Source: Callorhinchus milii
Taxonomy: Eukaryota
Length of the DNA: 64,000 bases
Assembly (NCBI RefSeq): GCF_018977255.1
Contig: NW_024704742.1
Location: 4,404,001 to 4,468,000, forward strand
Direction: 5' to 3'
The notes below the pieces were generated by a model that had not been told where the DNA came from, ran no database searches, and worked only from the letters and a program-made list of their open reading frames with translations. The position numbers and the translations under genes are program-made. This document shows, one piece after another, positions 26,296 to 39,884 of the stretch (the stretch's first letter is position 1; each line of letters opens with the position of its first letter).

Positions 26296-26899
26296 GATAT
26301 ATTTAATGGAAAATATAATTTATTTTAATATATGGAAATTAATTTTAATATTTTCACATTTTTGGCAATATCTACAGCTATCTTTAATATAACTCTCTCA
26401 GACTTGCTCAGTCGGTTGCATAAGTCAGAGGTTTGTGGATTCAGACCACACATCGAGACTTTGAGCTCACAGTCTCGGCTGATTCTCCAATGCAATGGGG
26501 GAGAGTGTCAAAGATACCATCTTTCAAGAATTCGAAACAATGAAAGATAAAGAGAAGGTTTTGGTCAGTAAAAATAGGAGGAAAGGACATAAACACAAAA
26601 TTCAAATGCTAGCCCGGAGGTTAAAAGAATGTGTTTCTCTACATAGTGATAATTTAACTAAAACAAGGAGATCCATAAATATCTGTTGGAAAAGTTTTTA
26701 AGGGATTTGAGTTAGCTCCAGTTCATTCCCGTAGTACTAGAGTTATAGTAAATAATATTAATAATCCTTGCATTTGATATAGTGCCTTATCACATCTTAG
26801 AGACTTTCCAAAGCACTTCACAGAATATACTGCAAAGTGAATTGACTGTATATATGCCTTTGTAGGCGGAAAACTAGTATAGAAGTAGTAATAGAGTAG

Positions 26900-28620
26900 T
26901 ACAGAAATCTTGAATTAATAAATATTTTCTTGGGTTTATCCTTCAATTTGATGCTCTTCAATTATTTCCTTTAAGCTTCCTTGCTCCAGATATCCAAATA
27001 ATTTCCAGGATTATGTTGTGGTCTTCTGTAAAGATTGAAGTCATTGTTGTCTTCTGTGGCCTCATCTCTAAATCCACTGAAGTTTCTAAGATATCCAGAA
27101 ATTGGAGCTTTTTCCTTTCCTTTCATTTCTGTTCGGATACTGGAATGAATCCATTAGGAGCCTTCTGATCATTTTCATTCCCAACTGTTATTTTCTCTAT
27201 AAATGCCTGCTTGCCCATGAGTAAAAAAGGAGAACTGCTCCCAGAAGGATGCCAGGGTATGGAATGAGTTGCCATTAGGCGCTGTTAGAGCAACAACAAC
27301 TTGCTTTTATACAGTGCCCTTGACGTAGAACAACATTTTGGAGGGCTTCAAAATGGCGGTGTTGGATGCCGACGCAGAGAGGGGATAGGGTGGGGAAAAG
27401 GGTGGTAACTGTAGAGCAGAGTCAATTGGGCACAGTTAAGAGCAAATGAAACAAACACAAGCAGTGGAAGAGTATTAGAGGATAAAGGGAAAGAGCAAGA
27501 ATTGGGATTAGGATGGATTGCTTCTTGGAGGCACAAACAACACGAGAAAGTGGGCTGAATGGCCTCCTACTGTGCTATACATTTCTATGATTCTGCGGGA
27601 TTTACTTAACACTCCGGGAATACTACAAGTCTTGTGAAACAGTTGTGAAAGAAATTCTCTTTCTCACCTTATTATTCCTTAAGGGCCCATTTTTTTATTC
27701 ATTTGTTCTTTTTATGATCATATTTGCAGATTTTCTTTTCATCCCTTAACGCTCATGGTGATTTGCTTCTTTAAAATTTCCTTTTTTAGCCCTTTTATTG
27801 TTTTAGCGTCTCATTATGTTTTACTGTACACGATTCTCATTTTATTTGAATCGTTCTGACTATTTTTTGTTTGCTTTATGCTTCCTCTAATCTCCATACT
27901 TAATCACTAAGGCCCGGTTTTTGATATTATCCAATACATTTATCTCATTTGCACTCTCTCCAGTATATCCTCAAAAATTCAATTTTTGCTTACTGTTCCT
28001 CCCGCACCGGTTTTATTTCGCAATTTATCTTCCCCAGTACTTTCCTTACTGCGATAAATCAGCTCTGGTGAAATCTGGTACATTAATTTTTATTATCCCT
28101 TGCTTCAATCCATGCCACAATGTAAATCTAAATGCATTAGGATTACTGCTGTTCTAGTCCACCCCATCCTCTCAAATTTTTCGCCATCTCAGGCTCTCGC
28201 ATTAAATACAAGATTAGATATGGCCTTCTTTCCCTGAACCCTTTCTAACACACTGCATCAAGAAGTTATCCTGTGCTGCGTCCATGAATTTACCTCCTCC
28301 TTTCGAAAGATTGCCATTATCATTCTGCTTAATTTCTGGGTAATTAAAAGCTCCCAGAATTAGTATCCTCCCTTTCTCTGATGCTCTCCTTAGTTGCTTG
28401 AATAATTCCATATCAATTTCTTTCCTTTTCCCTGGTGATCTATTAGCAATTCCCAATTATTAATTGTTTCCCCTTGGCATCACTGGTTTCCACCCAGATA
28501 GACTTAGTCTCCCATCACCTGGAGTTAAATCATCTCTTTTGATTACTGTCATATCCTCTCTTATTAGTGATGTTACCTCTCCCCCGAGCTATTTTTCCTA
28601 ACCCTTCTAAGGGTTCAAAG
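26900..28620 (-). mobile_element. Decayed CR1 LINE ORF2 (APE endonuclease plus linker), interrupted at ~27240-27600
   Basis: GIANRSP..ILILGAFNYPEI..KFMDAAQDNFLMQCV (CR1 endonuclease motif GDFNxPDI..FLxQxV) at 28214-28456; TSIFTED (cf. SVFTxED) near 27040. Confidence 0.8.
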
Positions 28621-29066
28621 CCCCGCTGTAAGGAGCTCCTGTCCATCCACAGGCTTTAACCGGTTCTCTGGCAAATTATTTATTTTCCTGTATAACCTTC
28701 AAGCTCCATTAGCTTGTCCGTATCCGTTGGTGTAACAATGGTGTAATAACAAGTTGCCATTTTTATTGTTTTGGTCGTTTCCGTGTAACACCAACCTTTG
28801 TTGTTGTAGCATTGACAAATCGTCCAATTTGGAATCGCTTTTAATTTTTTTCTACGCTGCTGTGTTTGTTTGGTTAATATTACAGTTGTTTACAAGTCCC
28901 AACACATTCTTCTATTGGCACACGACACACATGGTGTATTGTGCATACTACAATGTGGAAAGTGAGTCTTGCCAAAAGGCTTGGGAGAGGAACCCAGTTG
29001 ACACAGTGTAAAGTGTGCTACATGCATCTGGGTGTGTATCTGTGGCTGCCTGGTTGTTATATTAGC

Positions 29067-29428
29067 GGAATCCTGTAGCTCAGTGGTTAGAGCACTCGCT
29101 TCACAAGCGAGAGGATTTGGGTTCGATTGCTAAGCAAAGTTTCCTTACTCCACGCGTCTCTGTTTACCTGGCAGGAAGTAGGAACCCGATTGATTGTTAG
29201 TCGATAGGTGGATTGCTTTCCCGGGGGTAATAATCCCTTTTAAAAAAATTTGGTCATTCAATCCACAACTGTTTGTGTGACGCTGCTGTACGCAATTGGC
29301 TGCTGTGTTTCGCTCACAAAACACACAGTCAATTCACTTTACAGTAATCTTCTGTGAAGCGCTTTGAGATGTCTCGTGGACGTGATAAGGCTCTCTATCA
29401 AATGCAAGGTTTATTGTTATTATTATTA
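29067..29428 (+). mobile_element. Full-length tRNA-Ala SINE
   Basis: Same head, body and tail as the 13280 copy. Confidence 0.92.
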
Positions 29429-29679
29429 TCAGTGCCTGTTGGGTTTAAGGTGCATTGCCATGGCTTTACCAGCTGCCACAGTATGGAGCATGCTCATGTC
29501 AAGTGATACCCGAGTGATGTGGGGATAGTTGCTGTTGTGCCAGCTAGAAGCTAGCAGGAGACCAGGATAGGAATCAGACATTGGTGAATTTGGGTGGTGG
29601 GAGGTTTTACAATACAATACAAAATGATATTTGTATAGTGCCTTTCACGTCAGGAGAACGTCCCAAGGTGCTGGCATGC

Positions 29680-29830
29680 GATTTCAGCTGGGTAGATTCC
29701 AGCAGTTACACCCAAGCCTTGGCTCTTGCCCACCTGCGCCTAATACTTTCCGGAATTAGGTAAGCAGGATGCTTCCCTCCAGGGAGAGAGTGCGCATTCC
29801 ATCCCAACAATGCATCTCTGGGTATTTAGG
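29680..29830 (+). repeat. Unclassified interspersed repeat, copy 4
   Basis: ggctcttgcccacctgcgcctaatactttccggaattaggtaagcagg...ccctccagggagagagtgcgcattccat matches the 9370 copy. Confidence 0.75.
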
Positions 29831-32214
29831 CGTATAACTACTTGAATCATAATATATGAATGGATTGAGCCTTTGAGAGGATACAAAACCTCTCTGACTG
29901 GACAATGTCCATGTTGCTTCCTTACACGATAAGCAGCTGGGGGGAATCTGCCCCCTTCCGGGCTGGTCTGCTTTCTTCACTCAGTCCTCACTCCTTTTTG
30001 TTCCAGGCCAAATTTTGTCCTCCCTTCCCCTCTCCTGAAAGGGTTTTCAGTTTTATTACAGCACCGTTTTGGGGGCTGGAATGCCTAAAAGTGCTTCGCA
30101 GAAATAACTGGTAAGTGCAGTGAATGTTTCTATTCCACCATCCGTGCTCTCACTGTTATTCCAATCAATCTTTGAGCTATTTATGCTCTGTGCGTCATCA
30201 GCCAATGCAACAACAACAACAAAATTACGTTTATAGAGCGTCTTTCACGTCGGGAGGATGTCCCAAAGTGCTGAGATTTTGCAATTTTGAATGCCCAGAT
30301 ATTCGTATATTTGAACATGAGAGAGTATGAGTACTAAGATCGTCCTATCACAAATAGTTGTTTATATTTTGAATCTCATTCCACCCTCCCACTCACGCTT
30401 ATGCCTTCCGAAATGCATAGCCACTACACTTCTCAGTAGATCCTGGGAAGTGCTTTCAGACATCAACTGCAAGGATTATTAGTTACCGGTAAACTCAAAA
30501 CTACTCATTAACTTTATTAACGTTTACACCGCTCTATCATAAAGTTAGACTGAGCTAAAACAACAAAAAAATACAAATTACATTTATATAGCGCCTTTCA
30601 CGTCAGGAGGACGTCCCAAGGCTCTGAACAGTTAAGGATTTGGACCCAAGCTGAGGGTTGGGATCAGGAGAGGGGGAGGGCAGGGAAGGTCGGGGTGATG
30701 GTACGGAACATCTCATGACATCAGTCTGTATTTACATTGAAGGTAGCATTTCAAAAGTGAAATTACTGTCATAAATAAATAGTAATAATCCTAGATTTTG
30801 GTATAGCGTCTTATCATGTCAGAAGGACATCTCAATGTGATGTGCTTCACAGGATTTACTGAGAAATTGAGGGAATGTGAATGTGTAGGCAAATATGGTA
30901 GCAATGTATATGATAATAATAATCCTTGCATTTGATACAGTGCTTTTCACCTCTTCTAGACCTTTCAAAGTATTTCTTTCAAAACATCTAGTTACCTTGT
31001 CCATTTCGCTTTCAGTTCAGATTTGGAGAAATGCGTGATACTGTGTTTGTCCTGATAGTGTATTTCAAACCCAACTATTGGAGCTCCCTCTACTGTCCGG
31101 CTATTCAACCCGTGTGTAATTCCTGGGATTTAAAGCCGACCCTCAGCTACCGATTGCTGTACCGTGATTCCATAGGAATGGTGTCTGGAAAACGTTTCTA
31201 CTTACTATGCCTGTGAATGATGACGCTGTTTAGAAGCAGAGTGATATACTGAGTGTTCAGATTTGCTTGTCATCAAAATCCATTGAAAAACTCCTTTCCC
31301 CAAGGGAGCTAATGATTGGAAATGTTTATGACTGACTTATAATCAGGAAAGGGAGGAAACGGTGGCTCAGTTTCAGAAAAAAGGTTTATATTTTATCTAA
31401 CTTTGTTGAATAAGGGATATCGGTCCAGGAAATGGGGTACTTTCCATCGTAACATTTGTCACGGACTTTGCATTTTGATACTGGGTCTTATCACGTCATC
31501 GAGATGCCTCAAAATGCTTCACAGGATGCTTTACGGTAAAGTGTAGTGACCGTATTTGTACGAAATCCCACTGCTGGTTTATGGTTGGTGCATGCTTGGT
31601 GTAAATACCTATAAGCTATAGAAAGGACCACATGACGGATTGGACATTAGGTAGGATGGGGAAAATGTTTCTTTAAGTGTAACTTTATTTTGAGTTATTG
31701 ATGCCTTCAATAATCACCATCAAAAGGGAGGAACTATCCCAGGCTGGGGCAGTGATTCACCCCGCCTGCTAACAGATTAGCTCTCTTTATTTGTAAGCAG
31801 ATGAACTGGTCGACTCTGAATGCATGTCTTGTTGTAAATGGCCTCTTGTGGAAGCTGTGTGCTGCAATAAAGAATATCCCCTGCACTTTACGGTCTGGTA
31901 AATGTGAACCCGTGTGCTATAATGTTAGAACTTATAATTTCTCGTGACCAGTAGCTTTCTTGTCATTAGTAGGGATAGGGAATCCCCTCTCCACCTCTGT
32001 CAACTACTTTGAGCCGTCCTCTTGAATGTGAAAAGGGCTTTATGGCTGTAAGTTGTACTGAATTGTATTCCTCTTCAAGGCCACTGACGTCAGTGTGGAT
32101 CTGCACACTTTGTGGAGTAGGCTGTCTAGCCAGAGGAAAATTTGATAAGAGCTGTTAGTTTCCACACAGATGAGCTTTGTCTAAGACAGATATGTATTGG
32201 TAAAGGCAGAAATC

Positions 32215-32460
32215 AACAACAATAACAACAACTTACGTTTACCCACCAATACGCTGGGTAGTGTCCCGGAGCGCTTCACAGTCTGACAACGAGCCGGGGG
32301 GAGAGGGGGAGGTGGGGGGGGGGGTGGGGGCGGGAGGTGACCGTAAGCACAATCAAAAAGGAAGGTCCTTAGGCGGGATTTGAAAGTGGGGAGGGAGGGG
32401 GCAAGGCGGAGAGGTTAAGGGATTTCCAGAGTTTCAGGGCGTAATGGCTGATGGCACGGC
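32215..32460 (-). mobile_element. L2 LINE short 3' end
   Basis: (caa)n tail, G-rich UTR, ttccagagtttcagggcgtaatggctga as in the other L2 copies. Confidence 0.8.
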
Positions 32461-34217
32461 ACAAAATCACAAATCACCAAAAATAAACAATGTTTTACTT
32501 AAAAGGATATGTTCCCCACCCCACTGCTGAGCCGTCTGGTTTGAATGTTTCTTCTTTGAATGGTCCTTTCCACAGAAGCCTGTAGTGTGCTTATGATAAC
32601 ATATACCATCTGTAAATCAGCCGTGGTCTTAAAGCAGTCACAAATGATGGGATTTGCAGAGTAAATTAACAGTGGTCTGAGCCTCATCCATTAATGAGAA
32701 CAAATTAAGATTTTTACAGTAATAATGTGGATTTTTTGCACCACACAAAAGGGAGTTTGCCTTAGATTTTAACACTGAGGTGCGTTAATTATCTCTCCAA
32801 ATTCCATCAGTAAACTTTCAAGACAGAATTTTGGCCACATGTGTGTTAATTACATTACATTGGTAATCCATTATTGAAAACTAAGTGTAACCACTTTCCT
32901 CCTGTCAGTCTAAGGTCCAATTTGAAAGGAGGTCCCAGAGAAGAAAAAACAATCCCACTATACTTAGTACCTTCCTTTTAATTGTAAGCCCTCCAAGGTG
33001 CTAGCCTGTGTGAAGCCCAGTATATAAATGCAAGTTGTCGTTGTTGTGTCAGATTTAAAATTACTCTCCTTTAATATGTGAATTAGACAAGGTGTGGGTT
33101 GAAATGTTAGTGGTGATGTAAAATGCAGGTATGTGAGATTATGGCACAAGACATGTTTGGATACCTTTTCCCAGGATCATCAGATTGCCGGCATTATCCT
33201 GAAGATGAATAGTTACAGCAACAACCTCCAGTGCTGTGGATTTATATAGGTTAAACACAGAGGATCNAAAAATATTACTGAAATTATCCTAAATTATCCC
33301 CGAAAAGATTTGGATTGGTCAACCGAAATTATTAGCGCGTTACTCATGACCTTAACGTCGTTAGGTTGCTTAGTGAATGTTTGAATTTTTAAACTATTCA
33401 TAGACTGTCACCACAGGACAAAATAGTGGCTGCAGCATAATTCTTGCCGTGACAATGTTATGAATGGTAAGATACCAAGAAATATCTTCTCAGCAAAACG
33501 TCATAACTCATTGGATAATGCCTTTTCCACTGACTGTTCTTCAATTAAACTCTTAACCTTTTGTCCCACGGAGATAATGAGCTGGATTTTGCAGTAAGAC
33601 TCAGTGCTGGAGTTGGATTTTTGCTCTGGAACTTATGGGAGTATGATGGAGATGGCAGTGATCGTAGAGCCCATTATGGCCAAACCCCACATTCCAGTTC
33701 CCCTCTGGGTGTCCACATGCTCCCACGGGCACTTCATGTATGTCAGGAGCAAGACGCTAGTCATCACAATCTTCTGCATTGTTCAGAGGACCACAGTTTC
33801 TCGTAGTCTTAAACTTACGTCCGTTGTTTTAACATATAAGAACCTGCAGAATTTTGGAAAATAGCCTTAAAATGCAGTCTTAATTTGGATCTGATTTTCC
33901 TCAGTTCTTTTTTTTTTAGAAAGTCCTCTTCTAGTTCAGGACTGAATTTATTCTTTCCATAATTCCACACGGTTCTATATTTTAAAACAATAGCCTTAAG
34001 CCCAAGGGAATGATAAATGTCAGTCTCATATCCCTTTCATTCCCATCTGGAAATAATTACTTTTTACATACCAAAAGAATTCCAGCACACAAACCAATGA
34101 GCCCAATGGCCCAATGAGCCTCTGCTGAAGTTTTCTTTCATTTGAGATAACTTGTCCACTCTCATTTTCTTATAGCCCTGTGCACAGTGGAGTCACTTAT
34201 CAATTACGGCTGAGACA

Positions 34218-34515
34218 ATGATAATAATAATAAAAATGCTTGCATTTGATATAGTGCCTTATCACATCATCGAAACGTTTCAAAGGGAACTCACAGGATT
34301 TACAGGTGCTGTGACTGAGTCTTTGTAGGCAAACCAATTTGTCTCATAAACAGTCCCATAAACAATCATGAAATGAACGACCAATTTGATTTGGGGGAAT
34401 TATTGGCCAGGCCACCACAAGAAACTCTTCTCTTTTCAAATAGTGCCAAGGGATCTTTAACAAGCACCTAAATAGGTAGACAGGAATCACGGTTTAACAT
34501 ATCATCCAGAGGACA
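34218..34515 (-). mobile_element. Deu-domain SINE
   Basis: Tail (tgcatttgatatagtgccttatcac) plus Deu domain (ttggccagg...ttcaaatagtgccaagggatctttaac...ggtttaacat). Confidence 0.8.
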
Positions 34516-35169
34516 ATTCAAAGCTCCAGAGCAGAACGGGCTGCTTTACATTACCTTGAGCAGCAGTCTGGCTTGGTACCACCACTTTACGAGTGTGGAT
34601 TCCCAACACAAACTTTTGAAGACATTACTTCAAGTTGATGTTTCTGCCTGTGACCAACGCATGGTTCAAACCATCCAAGGAGTGGCTCATTTTTATACTC
34701 CTGCCCCACGGTTGTTACAGGAGTGGACCTGCATAAAATTGTCTTAGTGTTTGAGTCAGACTTTCCGAATCTATGGTAAAAGAATGTCTCCTGTTATTAA
34801 GGAAAGTTGTTAAAAGGTCAAACAGCTACTGGAGAGATTTTCAAATAATAACGATCATGTTCAAATGGTTTAACTTCCAAATGAAGTTCTTGTTACTGAT
34901 ATGGAGCTTGAACTCACAACCCTCTGACTAACAAACAAGAGTGCTACCAATTGAGCCAAACTGCCTGGCTAATCAGTGGTATTTGGACGGGCAGAGCAGT
35001 TACCAGGAGTGGTAATTCTTCCCAATCAGCTCTATTAAAGCTGGTAAACCAAAGTCCTGACAAAGAGGATGATTCTAGCTGGACAAGCAGTGCTTCAATC
35101 TTTCCCACCACATCCCTTTAGTACAGAGCCTGACGTCACAAAGACTTGCGCAGGTATTTGCCAGCAAGT

Positions 35170-35448
35170 GACTGAACATTTCTGGGAAAATTTGAATGAA
35201 GTGAATGACTAATTTATCTGGAGGATTGTTTGCCAAAACAAAAACAGGATAAAACTCCTGTCTATTTTTCAAATGTTGTCATGGGATCATCAACAACCAT
35301 CTGAGCAAGCAGACAGGAGTTTCGTTTAACATTTCATCATTGTACTGGGGTTTCAAACCACACTGTGAGCTCAAGTCCTTACGTCGGGCTTGATCCGACT
35401 ACCTTCTGACATAGGGACAAGTGTGCTACCAAATGATCTAAACTGGCA
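35170..35448 (-). mobile_element. Deu-domain SINE with tRNA-like head
   Basis: Deu domain followed by accttctgac...gtgctaccaaatga (reverse complement of the head). Confidence 0.7.
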
Positions 35449-37659
35449 ATGCAGTGCAAGAAAGGGTCTCTTTAAATGAGGAATAAAAAGCTCACGTTAC
35501 CTTCGAAAATCTCAAATGAATGATTACTTTTCCTGCTGATCTCTCATGATCACCAAACTAGCTGCATCCTTTTATTTATTACAATACAGTCTCCCCTCCA
35601 CTAATTATCACCACATCATCGTTTTGAAATAGCACATGACATTGATTCATTATAATATTGTGATATCCCTTTTTATACAACGTACACTGTGATTCAAAGC
35701 ACTTCCAGATTTTGACAACACTTTTTGTGTTTTCAAACACTTTCCCAGATGCCTACACTACTGATCAAACAGCTAATGTTACTTGCTAGAACATTTTAGA
35801 GAATGTCAATAGTTCATTTTTCTCCTAAGCCTCATCTGTCATTGGCTTGGTCTTTAATGCAGTAAAGTGTTTTTCTTTTTCAGCTTGAGCGAGTGCCCAT
35901 AGATTTTCCTTCACTGTAAGTTAAGGCTGAAAGTTTTTTCTTAGGTTTCTGTCAGCTCTGAGCAGTCCTGGTTAATATTAGGTGTTACAGCTGCTTGCAT
36001 GCTTCATACAGCTGGCTCTTAAACTATCTCAATTTTAATTAGGACCTCAACAAATCTGTGGACCTTTGAAACTCCTGAAGGTCACTTATATTTGTCTGTG
36101 ACCTTCAATTATAAAGTCACTGCTTATGTCTGTGTGAATTACAAGGGAAGCTTGATGTTAACCTCAGCTTCTTTGTGAGATTAATACATGGATGTATTGC
36201 ACAAATCTTCATGAGATTCTCTCAACTTGCCGTATATTTATCGATGGGATTATTTTTAGTAAGAAAAACTGATAAGCTCCAGGGCATGACAATAAACATG
36301 TACGTACATACCACAGAAAGTGGCTGGTGCATAAAACTATTTGGACTCAGATCTTCAAATTAATGGAAGGAAAATGAACCATGCTTATGAGAGTACGTAA
36401 GCTGTTACTCTTTTGAATGAGAGTGGACAAGTTAGATAGTGCAAACTTTTATTCTATAGCCATTACACATTTTTTTCTGAGCTTCAGTACACAAAAGTGC
36501 TAGCTGGACTCTGTTTCCCCTGTATGTGAGCCTTTTGCTGTTTGGATACACTCAGGCACAATTCATCAACATGCAATAAACAGTGCTGAACTGTTGATAG
36601 ACTTGGACCTTTAATTCAGTTCTTACCTATTTGTACCTTAAACACCTGGATATTTGATGAAAGTTGATTGATAAAAAACGATTTTCTCCAAAAGCTCAAT
36701 CGCTTGACTTTTGGAATGAGCTCCTCCTGCACAAATAGCATGCTCACAGAGTGAGTGGCAATAACCTGATATTCATCAGCTCTTGGGTAAAGAACTAATC
36801 AACCCACCATTGCTTGCTCTTGATTAGGTCTATTCCTTCTATCTATTTTATATAAAAGACAAGATTCTTCTGGTCAATCATCTTTCCTGAAGGTTATTAA
36901 CTTATGCAGTCATTCTCCATTAATTTGCCGCCACAATTCAAATTCAATAACTTACACCGGGGATGTCAAAATCGAGATATTAGCAACCGGCATTCACACA
37001 GGATTTGTCAATATTGAATCCTGTTGGCAATTGGATTGCATCAAACTTCACATGAGAACAATGTTCAAGCACCATTAGAAATAAATTGGGTCAGAGTGGA
37101 ATTCCCACTTTCATTAGTTACAAATCTAGGTTGTGGATACTGTCTTTTTGATTAATGTTTCCTCTTACTTTCACCATTTTAGATGATAAGAGACAGGGTC
37201 GATAATAAAGCCTAATGATTAAGAGTGATACCATTGAAGGGTTGGGTATTAAACTTGCAAGAGACACAAAAACACCATGGAACTAAAATAAGATTATTAT
37301 TGTCCTATTAAAGGACTTGCAGAAAATAATGTGTAGTGTTTCAGCCAATACACTGTAAGAGGACTTGAAGGACTGAGACCTTATTGCCTGACGAAAGTTC
37401 ATGAATCCAAAATGGAAACATCAACAACAATAGGTCATTTGATGAGATAGATGATGTGAGACAGAAAGACAGTGGAAGATAGAACACTTTGGGAGCCCAC
37501 TGTGCTGATCAAAAAAAGAGTCAGAGGGTGATCCATCAAGTACAGCACATATCAAGTGAGTTGAACAGAAAGTAGACAATCAAGGCAATAACCTATGGAA
37601 GACTATTAGAAGGTAACTTGTTTAAGTGCTAGATCCACATTGTCAATCCAAATTGACAG

Positions 37660-37840
37660 TCGTCAATCCTCGACTGTGTATTATTGGACACTGCTGTGTG
37701 CAATTGGCTGCCATGTTTCGCCCCCACAAAACATACAGTCAGTTGACTTTACTGTGCACCATTCTGTGAAGTGCTTTGAGACATCTTTAAGATGTGATAA
37801 GACGTTTTATCAAATGCAAGGATTATTTATTATTATTATA
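37660..37840 (+). mobile_element. SINE 3' half
   Basis: gctgtgtgcaattggctgcc...ttctgtgaagtgctttgagac...atcaaatgcaaggattatt. Confidence 0.85.
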
Positions 37841-39049
37841 GATCCCATCACAGGCTTTAGAGATGTCCAAGGTCATGGCAAAGAAATCACCAATTGTTCC
37901 CAATGGATGTAACCTGTGCAAGAAGATCACAAGCAGAGCAGCCATATGATTTCAATACTGTTTATCATGGACTAGGGAAAAAGCCTCATAGTGATAGAAA
38001 ATCTAACACTTGTCACAGCTCAGAAAGTCAACTTCTAAAGGAAGGGAAAGGCAAGCTAGTGAAACAAGAGACTGCTATGACGACACAGGGTGGAGGACTA
38101 ACACACTAACAGATGTGATAGCTGTAAAAACATGATGATAGTGGCAATGATAGAACAGAATCGATGTATATTATCCAGGGTAGGGCTAAAAGAATAAAGT
38201 CAGCTAAAAGGGTTCCCTTTCTGTTCAGAAGAGTTACAAACTGAACTATCAGGGTGTAAGAGCGGTGGAAAGGAGAATTCACTCAAGGTTTAAGAAACCG
38301 TTTTGGTAAGGAACAAATCAGTTGATGGTACTTTTCAATAAAGTTATGTTTAACAGCTCTAATGTTAACAGATTGTGTTTCTATTGACGTAACCATGAAC
38401 TTAGGTCTAAAACCTTGTGGTAGACTTTGACAAAATCCAAATTTATATTGTCGGCTGCATTCTCCTTGTCCACTGTAGGGTTGTGATTCATCCCAGGGAA
38501 AATGGCAGTGCCTCAGTGAATTGATGTGTTAAACAACGGTATTGTTATACGAGAAGCCAGAGTACTGTTTATAAATAAAGATAGTGAAGTGAACCATTCT
38601 GCGGAAGCTTTGGGGATTTTATCTCTACTAGACAAAAAAAATCCACTGGGGAGAATCTAACCAAAAGATGAGAGCATCATTGTGCATAATGATCAAATTA
38701 CAACAAATCACCATGAAGAAATACTGTGCTATGATGAACCGTGGTGGGAAATCATTGCATTGAAGCAAGACCTTGTGAGAAATGAGAATGTCATGTTAAA
38801 TTGGTGTGGAAAATACATACCTTGCAATAAATACTTGTAAGAAATGACAGCGGTGTGGTGAATCTCTATGAATAAGAGCTGCTTCCTTTGAAAAATAAAT
38901 CTGAGGTGGGCAGTTTTGGACAGAGAGCTACTCTCTTTAAATTGGGTGGCTCCATATCTGAAGGAAAATACTTGCTTGCGCATTGAGGTCATCATAATAA
39001 CCCTCCTCTGAATCTATCCATGAAATAAAATTCCGCTTGTCAAGCAATA

Positions 39050-39478
39050 ATAATCGTTCCATTTTATACAACGTCTATAATCTTGAAATGTCTCAAAGGC
39101 TTCACTGTAATGAAATATATTTGTAGGTGAACTTGACACGACAGTCGATTTGCGCACATCATTGTCCCATAAACAGCAGAGGTAAAAGACCAATTTATCT
39201 GTAGGATATTTGGTGAGGACACTAAGAAAAAAAACTCCTCTTTTCAAATAGTGTCACTTAAGAACTGTTGAACATCTAGACAGGACCTTGATTTAACATC
39301 TCATCCAGAGGAACCACTTTTGACAATGCAGCAGTCCCTATTGCACTGGAGTGTCAGCCTAACCTATGAGCTCAAATATCTCAATGCAGAGCTCAGTGCA
39401 GTTGGTCAGAAAATTATGACTCAAACTCTGAACCCCTGACCCAGAGGCAAGAGTGCTACCAACTGAGCCAAGCTGATC
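39050..39478 (-). mobile_element. Near full-length Deu-domain SINE
   Basis: Tail, Deu domain (ttttcaaatagtg...gacagg...tttaacatctcatcc...tgacaatgcagca...tgcactggagtgtcagcct) and head (gagtgctaccaactgagcca). Confidence 0.8.
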
Positions 39479-39884
39479 GACCTTGGTAGTGTGCACTAGT
39501 AAAATGCCTTGCTTCCTATAAGCAGTTGATCAGTCCAAGTAGTTTCTTCATGTGAGACTCAACATTATCCAGACATTATTAGGAAGTCTACTGATCAGCA
39601 GAATTTCACCCACTAGTGCAATGTTTTCAGAATTGCAACTTCAGTGTCTTAAAATAAATAGGACTGTCACCCGTATTTGTTATCCACAAGACAACAAAAG
39701 AAGTGTTCAATGATACAATTGTGTGCAACCCAGAACAGTAAAGTACATCCACTTCCAACTTCATGAGTAAAGAAATCTGAGAGTGAGAGGAAATTTAAGG
39801 AATAATATTTTCAAGAATGGTTTAAGTGGCTAGAGAACAGAAAGACTTTGTGTGTTATCTAAAATCATAACCTCTTGTCTCCCT

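Noticed and set aside
33819..33843. Possible 25-nt minus-strand microexon (CAG..GTAAGT)
   Set aside because: Weak polypyrimidine tract and no supporting context.
38502..38840. 113-codon frame with two stops (IDVLNNGIVIREARVLF..EPWWEII) and purine-rich 37180-38300
   Set aside because: Open stretches of 46 and 59 codons can arise by chance and I recognise no family; a translated search would be needed.
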